Shown here: positions 24,443-37,179 of the stretch, piece after piece
Layout of the letters: each line of letters starts with the position of its first letter
Numbering within the stretch: position 1 is the first letter of the stretch
NCBI GenBank assembly: GCA_050084515.1
Contig: CM114271.1
Span: 38,688,001-38,752,000, forward strand
DNA: 64,000 bases
Reading direction: 5' to 3'
Origin: Blasia pusilla
Lineage: Eukaryota
Program-made: the position numbers and the translations under genes
The notes under the pieces: model-generated
Databases searched by the model: none
What the model saw: only the letters and a program-made list of their open reading frames with translations
Told to the model about the DNA's origin: nothing

Positions 24443-27400
24443 AAGGACATGCACATGCGGTAATCCTCTTTTTTGGAATTCCACCACATGGATGCATCCT
24501 ACAACTCGGCCTAATATCTGCTTCTTGATGATAAGTCGTAACAACTGCTTCTTTTTCTTCGCAAAAACCCGCACGACCAAATCTGGTCGGTCTGCAGTTG
24601 ATTGGCCAGGTAATAGGGCTGATGTAATCTTCTCCTACTTTGGATTGCATGTCATGGTTAAGAAGTAGTTAGGCTTCCCAAAATGTCGTACAATTGTCAT
24701 TGCATCATGATATAATTGATGCATATGACGTGGCCCTCCAGTAAAAGAAGAAGGTAATATAATGCGTTTCCCAAGCCTTCGGCTATCCGCATCTTGTCGA
24801 TGCATGGCATCCTTTACCCCTTGACATAATTCAGCCCTAAACTCCTTCTGATTTAAGCGTATCCATGATAATCATTGCATTTCCACAGTGGCATAGAGGT
24901 CAGCGATATATTCTTGAGTAAGTTGACGAAGCCGCAATAAGCGATTGTCATCTTCTCCTCCAACCCGCGTTTGAAGTCGAAAACATGCAAATTGCAAGGC
25001 CATAATACATTTTGTTCTTCTTTCCTCAACAATATCACCATAAACTATGTCCTCATCCATGCAATCATCTGAAGGTTCAGGATGTCCCTCCTCTCCATGA
25101 ATAATATGGCCCAATCATCACGATTCTCTACAACCTTCAATTCGCCCAAAGGGTATTCCAAGACGCCAACCTGCTTCACCATAGATAAATAACAAAACAA
25201 AGTGTAAGGGAATATATGCTTTGTTGAGGTCGGATATACGTTTGACTCCTCCTCCATGTAGTCGTATATTTATATCACGATGCTCAACGTGTTCACTTCC
25301 ATCACTCGGCAAAATAGCAGCAACTTCAGAAGCAATTGGTAAGTTATAGCGCTTTGCATCAAGACCTCTCTTACTTGCCTTGAGAATAATCCACATATTA
25401 AGATCACTTGCTGCATATGGCATATGATGAAAGATCTTCACATATGGATTGCATTCATGTAACATGTCTTGGAGACCTTTCAAAATATCCATATTAAGAT
25501 TAGAAGATGTAGACATAACTCTAACACGATTTTCCAATTCATTTGTAGTATCATGGATGTATAGTTGAGCAAATTGGGGATGTCCCCCTATATTAGGATG
25601 TAAAGGTCCAATGGAATGATAAATCCTGCCTTGGACCCTAAAGTGTCCAGTATCACCAATTTTTTCGTTTACATGTACCCCAGTAGATGCAAGTTGAAGT
25701 GCCGAATTATAAGCTCGAGCATGTATAAGAAAATGAACGCTTCTAGGACCAACACCCGAAATCAAGGATTTCAGAAATGGAGGAGATGATCTCAAGAGAG
25801 GTAAGTATATTCTTCCATGGCCACAACACATGCCATATGGTGAGTCACCAAATTTAGTACCTTTGACCACTTCACATTTCCAATACAAACATATCTCTGT
25901 CATAGAACCTAATGTATGATGACCGCTGATATGATTCAAACTCCTTTGTAATCGTAACTTATGAATATCACTTTCTTGAAAATTTGGCCTCCTTGCAAGA
26001 TTGAGTAATGTATTTAATCTTAAAACTCTATATCAAGGGTAGACGACGCACAAATTATAGAAGTATTTGGTATAGTGGCACGTTGTGGAGATAACAAAAC
26101 TTCATTAGGAGACATGGCATCTACTCTTGACCTTGATTCATCCCCAAGTTGGGCAAAAGTCGACGAATTGCTGGAAACTTCATCTTGAACAGGAATAAGA
26201 AGAGTGGTCGACAAATTGTTGATAAATCCATCTTGAACTCGAATAGGAAGAGCGGCTGAAGAATTTTTGACAACTTCATCTTGAATTGGAATAGGAGGAG
26301 TGGTAGGTAACTCAACTTGTGGTGGCCCAATCGTGGATGTATTCTCGATAACTTCATGAAATGCACTTTCAACTAACTCGAGTCTTGGCGATATATAAAT
26401 ATAGTCCGTTGATTGTTCGCTCACTTCTTGATTTTCTTCTACTATTATTCCATCCTTATTGGAAGGCTTGAGAAAATATGTCAAAATATGGATAAGAATA
26501 AATAAAAATCAAATATGGAGTAAATCAAGTAGTTATGAAGTGAATCAAATATAAAAAGTTAGATATAGGTACCTATTCAATGGAATATGTGCAATACTCT
26601 CAGGTTGAACTTGACCATTAAGCCCTTTCCTTCTTTTTCTATACTCTCCATAGTAATTCCTCTTTTTTTCTCTGAGAGCTTCCATTCTATCAGCTCGAAT
26701 AGCACGCTTTTGTTTTTGGGCTTCACCACGTAGAACTTTCCGAAAGTCACGTATATTGACAGGATTCAATGGGATTGGAAGTTTGGAACAACACATGAAT
26801 GTTAAAAGATTACGAAATCAAATGAAAAGTCAATATTTTGTGGGGTGGGAAATTGGACATGCTAAATGAGTGTCGATGTAGTAAACTTACGTTGGAGATG
26901 TTTTAGGTCAGAGTTCATCTTCAAGATGTGTTTGTTGTGCTAAGATTTCCTTGCGACAGACACGCTTTTTTTTTTTGTGCATTCGCACGCATCAATTTTC
27001 GGAAGCCACGCAAATCCGTAGGATTCGATGGAAGAGGAAGTCTATGCAACAATTGGGTTTATTGCATGAGAAAAATATATTGTCGAGAAAATGGTATGTA
27101 AGGCATCATGATTGAAATGGAAATAAGGTGCTTACTTCCTTACCCTAAGCAAAGGTTCTTACATCGGGGAGGTATTCTTCGATACTTCAATATGTCTTCC
27201 CGAACTTTGTTGTGAAATTGGCATATTTGTAATAATACCAAGTGGTCGTCTCTCCCTGTTTAGTGACAATCCGCCAACACTCACCATCTACATGACACAT
27301 AATGGAAGTATTGAGAATTGAAATAAAATGACCAAAAGAATAAATAATAAAAAGAAAAAAAAAGAAAAGAGAAGAAAAGAAAATAGGAGAGAAGAGAAGG

Positions 27401-28027
27401 GAAATTAGTAGGGGAAATTATTCATTTCGAATTTGATTTTCTGTAAAAATTAGAAATTGAATGAAAAATAAAATAAAATTGTAAAATAAAATTTAGGGAA
27501 AGAAAAGAATTTAGGGAAGAAGAGTAGGGGATTTTGATTATTTATTTTGATTTTTTCTAAAATTGGAAAAAATTGGAAAAAATGGACTAATTTAAAGTGG
27601 GAAGAGGGAAAAATCCTTTAAAAAAATTTGTGGGAACAAATGAGAAAAAAATTGATGGGAATAGGGGGAATAAATTGGGAAAAAGGTAAAAAAGGGAGAA
27701 AATTACATTTTAAAAAAAATTATAAGGAAATTAAAAAAAGCCACGTTCAGTAGGCCGAACCTGGCCATAACCTAGCCCTCCCAACCCTAGGCCTGAATCG
27801 AGCCCTCGCACCCTAATCGCGCCGCCTTTGAATCCTAGGGTCAGATTTGAACCCTTCTCCCATCTAACGGCCAAGCAAAACAGGCCGTTAGATCCCTCCC
27901 CCCTCCACCCTTCCCCCTACCCAATCGTCCAACCCTTCCTCCCTCACTCCCTCTCGCATTCCCTGCTATGCTCGCGCTCCTTGATCGTCCGCCCTCCCCT
28001 GATCCTCGTGGGCACTCAAGCGCGCTT

Positions 28028-28723
28028 GAGCCCTCAGGCGCCCCCTCTCCCACTCCGTGCTCTATTCATGCGCTCAAGCGCGCCCCTCCTCCCGGCTCAT
28101 GCGCACTCGAGCGCACGGATCATCATGGTGCAACCCAAGCCTGCACCATCTCGAAGTCGAACATCTCCCCTGAGAATCATCGCCTTTGAGACTTGATCTG
28201 CACTCGGATTTTAACATTGAAGGTCAGTTTTGGCTATGCAGTTGGGCTCTCGGGGTTTCGTGACAGTCAAGCTCATCCCCCATTGGTTCTGCTCTACGGT
28301 CTATTTCTTCCCCTAACTTTTCGGCTCTCGTGTTATCTTGCTAGGCTCTCTTGCTAGTCGTTCAACTTTGGGGTATTTTTGACAATTGGGCTCTCGAGCC
28401 CTCAAGCGCCCCCTCTCCAAGTCCGTGCTCTACTCATGCGCTTGAGGGCGCCCCTCCTCCCGGCTCGTGCGCACTCGAGGGCACGGATCATCATGGAGAG
28501 ACCCAAGCCTGCACCATCTCGGTGCTCGAACATCTCCCCTGAGAATCGTCTTTTGAGACTCGATCTGCACTCAAATTTTTACATTGAAGGTCAGTTTTGG
28601 CTGCGCAGTTGGGCTCTCGGGGTTTTATGACAGCCATGCTCATCCCCCACCGGTTCTGCTCTACGGTGATCTTGACAGTCGATTTCTTTCCCTAACTTTT
28701 CGGCTCTCAGGTTATCTTGCTAG
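28028..28723. repeat. ~320-bp direct duplication
   Basis: 28028-28343 is repeated at 28396-28723 (gagccctca...gttatcttgctag). Confidence 0.85.
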
Positions 28724-29060
28724 TCGTTCGACTTTGGGGTATTTTTGACAGTCGAGCTCTCTTGCTAGTTGTTTGACTCGGGTGCTTTTGACAGTCGGGC
28801 TCTCACGACATTGCAGATTGGGTCCGGGGGATTTTTTTACAGTCGAGTTCTCACGACATTGCAGATTGGGTCTCGGGGATTTTTTTACAGTCGGGCTTCG
28901 GATCCCTAGAAGTTTGGCTACTGAGTCATTTTTTATGGTTGGACTCGTTTGATAGTTCACTCTTTTAGCATAGCGCATCGGGCCTCGGCAGTTTTTTGAC
29001 AGTTGGGCTACGGATCCCTAGCAGTTTGGCTACTATGTGTCTTTTGATAGCCACGCTCTT
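28670..29060. repeat. degenerate short tandem array with core TTTT(G/T)ACAGTCG(G/A)GCT, units of about 40-50 bp
   Basis: The core recurs near 28745, 28787, 28835, 28883 and 28993. ctcacgacattgcagattgggtc occurs twice. Confidence 0.75.
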
Positions 29061-30230
29061 GTTTGCCAGTATAGAATTTTGGCTTAGCAGCTCGGCTCTT
29101 AGGTATTGTCGATTGTCGTGATCATTTTGGAAGCGCCCAGAGCTTCTTTGAAGCTCTTTTCTCTCCGAGATTTACCTGTGCTATTACACATGTACACGTG
29201 GGACAGGTAGGGGCAAAATGAGTGGAGTTAGTACTTGAGTTGAGTACTGAAAGAGGGGCAGGTAGAGACATTCACATTTTCTCAAAACTCTCCAAGTCGC
29301 TTTCAATTCAAAGTAAGCAGTACATGACTGTCTGATCTACTCTACTCCTGATCGGCATACTTACCCTCTCCTACATCCCAAATTCAGATATGGATATGAA
29401 TATTCACTACAACTTCTTTCCCCTTCTGCCCTCTATGTGGTGATTTCTTCGTGCATTGTGGATCATCCCTACGTGTGGTAGGCACACTGGGAGTTACCCG
29501 GGACCTTCCCTTTGATGGTGAGCTTTTCTGATTTCGGTTAGTGCGCGGGGTCATTTTCCGCTTCTTAGCAGAGGCTCCCTCCTCGGTATGTTCCCTTTCT
29601 ATGTTGTGCCTCCTTATGCGATACGGAGGAGTTCCTTCCTCCTCTACAGCGTTTATTCCCTCTCCTCCAATTGGCTTCAGATCGTACCCTTTGTTTGAAT
29701 CCGCAAGGTGGACTGCAGCGAGCATGGAGTCCTTTATTGCATACTCAAAGCCGGGAGCATGCACGGGGGTGAGTGGCTCTCCCCAAGTAGGACTATCTCG
29801 ATGCAACTTGTTCCATTTGCTCAAGCGCATACAGTCCCCTTGAGATATTGGAGACCATTTTGTACTCTCCAATGCTTGGAGATCCGGTGACTTTACACCG
29901 TAATGTTTTTTCGAGCTCATTACCTTGGACACACTCTTTCCTTTCCCTTGTGTTGACATTTTCGTTCCATCTCTAGGTAGTTTCCGTTCTGCACCTTTGC
30001 TGTTTCGGATGTTGCAGATGTCGGTAGATGGTTAGAATGTGAGGAGCTCTGGAGGTGCTGGAGCAAACGTCGAATGTGGAGCAAGCCTCTCGAAAAGCCG
30101 TTAAAGTTGTTGCAGATCTCGAGTAGGGTCAGGGACGTCAAAGAACGGGGAGTTGATCTTGAGATCACATCAAGGGCCGCTTAATCGGGGCAGACTGAGC
30201 TTGAATCAAACGCCTCTCTTCGGGAGTACT

Positions 30231-30631
30231 TGTCAAATAGAATGTCCAAAAGCCTAGCTTTTGGTTAGCTTGCTATGTTCATCCGCAACTACATAGAGCT
30301 CAGTACTTTAGTTCATAGAGCTCAAAGCAATGTAGACTCGTAAAGTAGAGACATGTCTTACTCTATCTAGCAATAAATGAAGTTCAGCGTGTATGAATGA
30401 TGCAATAGAGCTTGATGAATGAATGAGTTCACTTTACCTGTCAAATAGAATGTCCAGAAGCCCAGCTTTTGGTAAGCTTGCTCTGTTCATCCCCCACTAC
30501 ATAGGGCTCATTACTTTAGTTCATAGAGCTCAAAGCAATGTAGACATGTCTTACTCTATCTAGCAATAAATGAAGTTCAACGTGTATGAATGACGCAGTA
30601 GAGCTTGGTGAATGAATGAGTTCACTTTACC
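30231..30631. repeat. tandem duplication of 208 bp and 193 bp
   Basis: tgtcaaatagaatgtcc...ttcactttacc at 30231-30438 and again at 30439-30631. The second unit lacks 15 bp. Confidence 0.9.
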
Positions 30632-30946
30632 TCAGCAGTCGTTGTGAGAAAAATGGGGAGTGTGTAATTAGTAAGAGGGAATAAATAAGGGTGAAGTTTG
30701 AATTCACAACCCTCGCAGTCACAACTTCTCGACAAATGAGAAGCCAATCTCATCGGACGACGCTGGTTTGAAGGATCCAAACCGTCAAGGACAAAAGGAC
30801 AAGAATTTGAAACAAAAGTTGCGGCCTAAAATGAAACCCTAAGTCCGTCGCACGTGCTAGGTCGGCTTCAGACGCACGAAAATTCCATGTTCGTAAAAAA
30901 AACTGTTACACGAGGCTATGAACAAAACCCTAAAACAGACTGCTTG

Positions 30947-31978
30947 TGTCGTGCGCCTACTCTCCTTGAACGTTAATCTCGTTTGTTGCGGAAGCGTGCG
31001 TTCAGTAGGTCACGCTCTCAACGCTGATCTGCATCCAAACACGCACTTCGGTTAGTCGGGTCTTGGATCAATCAGCGGGATTACTTTCCGAGTTCTCGTC
31101 TCGGACTCTCTTCAAGCTCAACCTTCCTAGTTTCGCGGTTTCCAACACGGGCAAGTCTCGAAAGACTTGGGGACAGACTTTTCAGTCGGTTCGGGAACTG
31201 AAACGGCGTTTCGCGCCTAGCGGTTCCAACTGTCCGATGAACATCCAATGAGTTCCTCACCAAGACTCGCACGAAGTGAATCTTGGGTTGGAATCCAAGT
31301 GTGGCATACAAAGTCCACTCCCTTGGATCAGGTTTGGGTTTCGGGTTTCCACGCCAAACTCCCGTTCCATCCCGTGCCTCTGAAACGCCGTTTGGCGCCC
31401 AAAGTGGGGTTTTGTTTCCTGAGACATCTCAGAGAAGGTACTCCCCTTACTAGTACTTCTGGGGATCTCCGGGGGCCCCCTACATTTAGGGAAAGACACC
31501 CGGGCCTCTCCAATTGGCCCTCAACCCGATTGCTCTCTCAATCGTTTTCAGCCAATATCTCAGCCTGTACTTATGTATTTGCTGAGATCTTTGGTGCGTT
31601 GGAAGCGTCTCAAGATCAGCTTTCCAACGCGCTCTTATTTGTCCCAAACGCATCTTGGAGCTCAACGTTATGGTCCTAAACACAGTCAGATTCTCCCAAA
31701 CGCTAGTCGTGTTCCAAACTGGTTCTCACCTCTTTGGCAACTAACCTCCCAAGACTCAACTCATCTCAAGTCTCGGCTCGCGTTTGGTCTAGGTTTCCTG
31801 GTCGCAACCACTAACGCATGAAATGCACAACTCTGTTCCGCGTTTCGTCTCTTAGACTTTTCCAAGAGACTCTTCCAAACGCCTCTCCAAAGCGCAAACC
31901 TCGCGGCGTGAGTTCCTTTGAGTTCTGATGTTTCGCTTGGCGCGTATTTGGTGTTGTTTGGTTATGAGGTTCACGACA
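30947..31978 (-). repeat. 3' LTR of the chromovirus
   Basis: TGTCG...CGACA, about 1.03 kb, adjacent to PPT AAGGAGGGGTGAG on the minus strand, matches 46367-47389. Confidence 0.93.
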
Positions 31979-32644
31979 CTCACCCCTCCTTAGAAGGTTG
32001 ATGTCCTCATCAACGCAAACCTTATTGAGGTTAAGTTCTGGGAAGCCGACCCCTTAACACAAAATTGCGTTCTGGTAGCTAGCCCGCAATTCCTCTTTTT
32101 GGCTTAAGTCTTAGGTTGTCGCTTGCAGCACTTAGACTTATTAGCTTCTGCTTTCCGATGAGCCTAGAGTAGTTCTGCTGAACTAATCTAACTATCAAAA
32201 TAAGCTCACTAAGTCTGCCACCTAACACTTCACTCACTATTTGTAAACAACCGCCTGTCTACCTAGCCAACTCGTACTACTTTTGGGTCACCTATACTCC
32301 ACCTAGGCGCGTCACTAGGTTCAGTCATGAAACATGAATGAGATCACCACAAACCCCAAGACAGACTCATCTGCCCCGCCGTTAGGGCGAGCCCAAATGC
32401 TAGTACTTCAACACTTGGTCCTGATCTAGATGCCTTATTTGAATACAAGCTCTCACCTCAAATACTCATTGTTTGGTCTCCTTGACTTACATCCTAAGCA
32501 TATGAAGAACTACTCAATGCCTTGCAAAACCAAACTCAAAATTACAATACAAGCATCGAACCTCCAAATCCATGTCTTCTTTATTGCAACAACTAAACCT
32601 TTCTAGTTACAACGGGTTATCGGCCCAAGCTTTCCGGTCACAAG

Positions 32645-32809
32645 TTATGTCCATTGCTTCACCATGTACTGACGCACGTGCCTTTCTTGCATCCATCTGA
32701 AGTCACGCAATGCTTCTTGCGCATCTTCTAGATCCGCCTCCGCAATCCAAGTCGCCTCTTTCACATGATAGCCTTTCCACTTGACCAAGTACTCGTACTT
32801 GGTGGCCCT
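32645..32809 (-). pseudogene. chromodomain of the chromovirus integrase (C-terminal half)
   Basis: ATKYEYLVKWKGYHVKEATWIAEADLEDAQEALRDF. It joins ETILRSTRR (42325-42355) once the nested element is removed. Confidence 0.9.
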
Positions 32810-33760
32810 TGTCGTGCGCATACACATCGCTACACAACATACATCGCTGTCACCGAACACACACACAAACACGCATGATCCCATGCTAACTCATGGCATC
32901 CAAACAACGAGACAAGAAGAACCAAAATATCTCCAATAAAGTAAGATCCAATCTCTCTCTCCACCATCTCACACCATAGCTCTCAAAGGTGTGCACTCTC
33001 TCTCATGTCAAACCAAACCCACTCTCCTAATGAGAGGTTTGGGTTACACTCACAAGGCAAGGTACCATAGCTCCGCCGCCTCATGCCAAGAGGTTCAACA
33101 AAGAGAGAATGAGCTCTCAAGCTCTCTCTCCTTGAGGTATACCCCTCTCCTCTCCCAAGCTCTCTCCATGGTAACCTATTCTCCCAAGTCACCTCCTTGG
33201 CTCTTGACCTGATGTAGGAGGTCAAGGGCCACTTACCAAAAATAGTAAGTCGATCATATACTCAAAATGGTACTTATCTAAAATAGTAAGTTCCTCAATA
33301 TGGCTCCAAATGAGCCGAAACGAAGGGGAAACCTGCTATCTCAGGTTTCCAAGGGCCTCAGCAGGTCACCCTCGACCTACTGGGCATGTCCTCCACTACT
33401 CATGAAGGCGCTCTATTAGATCCCACCGATCTATCCTAAAAGACGTGACAGTTGTCGTGCGCATACACATCGCTACACAACATACATCGCTGTCACCGAA
33501 CACACACACAAACACGCATGATCCCATGCTAACTCATGGCATCCAAACAACGAGACAAGAAGAACCAAAATATCTCCAATCGCCCCCCTAGCTGGTGGTT
33601 AGGTCCCTCTAACTCCAGATAGCCATCTATCCCTACCTACCATGACATACATCTCTCGGACGCTAAGAGCAAGAAGGCCGGGTGCTCATGTGGCCCCATC
33701 GTTAGTCGCCTCCTTGTCATCCATGTCATAGACACAAGTCGGAATGTAGAACTACCTTCT

Positions 33761-35147
33761 CTATGTACATCTGGGACACATCCATCGTCCCTGAGGAACC
33801 CTAGTGAGAGGTGGCGTCAAACATGCCATATGCCATCCTCTCGAACACCCATCACAGACTAGCATCGTGGCCGCACCACGGGCAGAACCACACAACATAC
33901 AACGCAAGCCTGCAGGAACTACTACTAAGCTCGGATCTACTGTACCATCAATGTTAGGAATGTGACATGGCGCACAATTACGCACATGGTCCTTCCATAC
34001 CATACCATCGCGTCCCTCCAGCAAGAGAACACCCGATGGCAAAATGTCACGCACTCTCAGGATAGTGCGCCCTGCAGTCACATCCAACGTCGTCGGTGCC
34101 GTCTGCTGCAAATAGACATAATCTCTTTGATGAAACCTCCGGATAGTTGGTCGATAACCACCACCTCGAATAGTCGCATACCTCAACGTATCCCGATGCT
34201 GTGCAATCGCCAAGTTCTTAACGCCATGGGCATCACTCTCGAAATAACTCACCCTCTCGAGAACATGCTCGCACCTATACATCTGGGTCATCAAGGTTCA
34301 GCACCTCACCAGCATCTCGACGAATGGTCGCAGGTAAATCTGGCTCTCGGCCATAAAGTAGCAAGTACGGTGAAAAAGACGCTAAGGATGCCTGCATGCT
34401 GAATTTGTATCCCATCGCCAACCATGGCAACTAGAGGTCCCAATCTCCTAGGTGACCTCTCTGCAAGCCATACTTGCGTAAACCCCTCTTCACCATCTGC
34501 ACAACTCTCTCCGCTAATCCATCCGCCTTAGGATGATCTCGCGAAGTCGTGCGGTGGTCGATGAGCGCCTGATCACACAAGGCTTGGAACTCACCGCGAA
34601 ACTCGGTACCCTGGTTTGTCAACACCTCAGCTGGTGCGCCATAATGACTTAGCACTCTGTCAAGGAAGGCATAAGCTACTCCCTCACTTGCTTTGTCAGG
34701 CAAAGCAACCAACTCGATCCACTTCGAGAAGTGCTCGACCATCACCATCACCAACACATAACGACTATGACGCTCCGTCAAGGGCAAAGGTCCTGCAAAA
34801 TCCAAACTCCATCTATACCCTAAGCCCATGATCGGTAATGGATGCAACTGTGGAGTCGGAGCATTGAACGATGCTCGGACCCGATCACACACCATGCACC
34901 TGGCAACAAACTGCTGAACGTCAGTCCGCATGCCTCGCCACCAATAATGAATCTGGAGCAAGCTATACGTCCGCTTCACCCCAAAGTGACCCAACTCCTC
35001 GTGGGCATGCTGCACTAGTCGTGCTCTCTCCAAAGGATGCGGCACTACGCGTACTCTGCCATCCTCCCAAACCCTCAAAACATGTGTCCCCTCCCAACGG
35101 AACCGTCGGCCCATTTGTAGGATCCGATCCCGCTCTCTAGCATCCAT
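33761..35147 (-). pseudogene. gypsy integrase with intact C4HC3 PHD finger (copy 2)
   Basis: HAHEELGHFG...CMVC, WSLDFAGP, TNQGTEF, DGLAERVVQ, then CMLCGSARGAATMLVCDGCSRGWHMACLTPPLTRVPQGRWMCPRCT. Confidence 0.93.
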
Positions 35148-35402
35148 GGTGCTCGCAAGGCGCCGAGACGAAGGTACTCTAAGACTACTCCATCATCATG
35201 AATATCTCGGCCACTTGTTGTGTCCTCACTGGCCTCGGGATCCAAAGACTCTCCACTAGACCTCGCCATCGAAGTCTCCACACTCTGGCTCTCCATAGCC
35301 AACATGCCTAAATAGGCTGACGCGTGCCATCCTGGCACCGACTCCTCATCACTCTCTCCATGCCATTGAGCTCCAGTCGCATCTCGCTGACTCGGGCATG
35401 GG

Positions 35403-36835
35403 TTACGACTCAACCCATCTGCATCCTGGTTGAGCGTTCAGTCTATGTACCACACGAAAATCATACTCCTGCAACAACAGAGCCCATCTCGCAAGCTTCC
35501 CTGTAAGCTTGTCGAACTCCATCAACCACTTCAGTGGTTGATGATCAATGATGATGGTAAAGGGGTTGCCGAATAAGTAACACCTAAAATGCGCGAGACC
35601 ACACCGCATGACCAAGCACTCACCCTCATACGAGCCGCCTTCGCCTCTGCGGCGTTGTTCGAGCGGCTAGCGTAAGCCACCACAAACTCTCTACCCTCAT
35701 CATCATGCTGGGTGAGCACCGCTCCAAGCTCCAACATGCTCCAATCTGTGTGCAACTGGAAAGGACGCCCCCTCATCGGTCTCCTCAAGATGGGTGTGGA
35801 CGTCAACCTGTCCTTGAGCAACTGAAATGCTCGCTCCTGCTCATCCCCCCAGTGCCACTCGTGATCCACCTTGGTGAGCAAGGTCAGCGGCTTTGCAATC
35901 GAACCGAATCCCTTGATGTATCGCCGATAGAAGTTCGCCAATCCCATGAATGCGCAAACACGGCTCACATCTGTAGGGCGTGGAATGCGTGAGATAGCCT
36001 CTACCTTCGTCTGCTGAACACCAAGGCCCCCTGGTTATATCGTATGACCCAAGTACTCAATCTGGTCGTAGAAGAACTTGCACTTGCCTAGATGTAGCTT
36101 CAGCCCATGTAATTGCAATCGTCGAAACACCTCCTCTAGATGTTGCTCGTGCTCCTCAAACGTGGCGCTAAAGACTATGATGTCATCAATATAACACCTA
36201 GCAAAATCCAGACCAGCCAAGATCCTATCCATGACCCTCTGAAACTCAGCCGGGGCGTTCTTTAACCCAAATGGTAAGAACCGCCACTGGTACAAACAAT
36301 CCTTCCCGTGAGGATCGATGCCCCAAAATGCCGTCTTCTGCCTGTCCTCCAATCTGATAGGCAGCTGATGATATCAAGCTCGCAAATCCAATGAACTGAA
36401 GACCTTTGCGTGACCAATCACATCAAAGATCTCCTCAGGGGTGGGCATGGCATACCTATCGGACTTCGTTTGCCGATTGATAGGTCGGTAATCCCCACAC
36501 ATCCGCCTATCCGTCCAATTGCCATGCACATCCTTCTTGGCGGGCATGACAGTGGCAAATGCATACTCTCCATGCGATATCTCCACTAGTCCAGCTCCGA
36601 CCAAGTCTTGGCTCTTACTCTGAATCAGAGCCCTCTCCATATCACTATACCTGTAGGGTCGTCGGAAGATCGGCATATCACTCGACAACTCAATGCGGAT
36701 CCCCGGTCCCTTCAGCGTACCCAAATCCTCCATGCTAAACGCAAAGCAGCTCCTATAACTCCTGAGGAACTGATGTATTCGGCGCCGCTCTCCTCCTGTC
36801 AACTTAGGGCCCATATCTGGCTCCCAAGTCTCCAT
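35403..36835 (-). pseudogene. reverse transcriptase and RNase H (copy 2), frameshifted
   Basis: RMCGDYRPIN, LPFGLKNAPAEFQR, CYIDDIIVFS, FMGLANFYRRYI, LHTDWS, IDHQPLKWL. Confidence 0.93.
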
Positions 36836-37179
36836 CGTGACTACGGTAGGACTCTCCGGCGCGGGTATCGGTGGTTGCTATGGTGCAACCCCGTCTCGAA
36901 CAACAACACTTGGCCGCTCTCCTGCAGCCAACTGCAAACTCTGATCTCCTCCACGTGCAATGCCCAAAACCACGCTCGATGTTGTGGCTATCATCTCCTT
37001 GCATACCTTCAAAACATCCCAAGAAGTCCAAGGGTGTCTCTCCCGATCTCCCCTGGTGCGTAGATCTCCTCGGGTCTCGCCCCCAGCCGTTGCCTCCACC
37101 GTCTCGGTAGGCATGGGGCTCACCAACGCAACATTGTGATCTGTCGCGATCTCATACGACGCCGCTCACCACTCCCAAG

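Larger units (their letters stand above)
10504..27950 (-). mobile_element. Helitron B (RepHel with introns), interrupted by a DNMT-gypsy element and a solo repeat
   Basis: Minus-strand fragments: N-terminal region 25118-25939 (MCCGHG, RAYNSALQLAS, PQFAQLYIHD), HUH GLPHVHVLI split by the solo repeat, Y2 motif DNRWVVPY...AVKYLYKYVYKG (23170-23406), helicase 10607-12330 ([33 protein letters not shown]). The 3' end is exact and the 5' end is approximate. Confidence 0.92.

Noticed and set aside
28670-29060. CRISPR-like repeat-spacer array
   Set aside because: The repeats are degenerate, the intervening sequences are related to each other, there are no cas genes, and the context is eukaryotic TE sequence.
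31063-31821. Recurrent ORFs in the LTRs (also 46472-47839, 23975-24217, 32983-33225, 41744-42100)
   Set aside because: They recur only because the LTR sequence is repeated. Their frames differ between copies and they contain no domain motifs.
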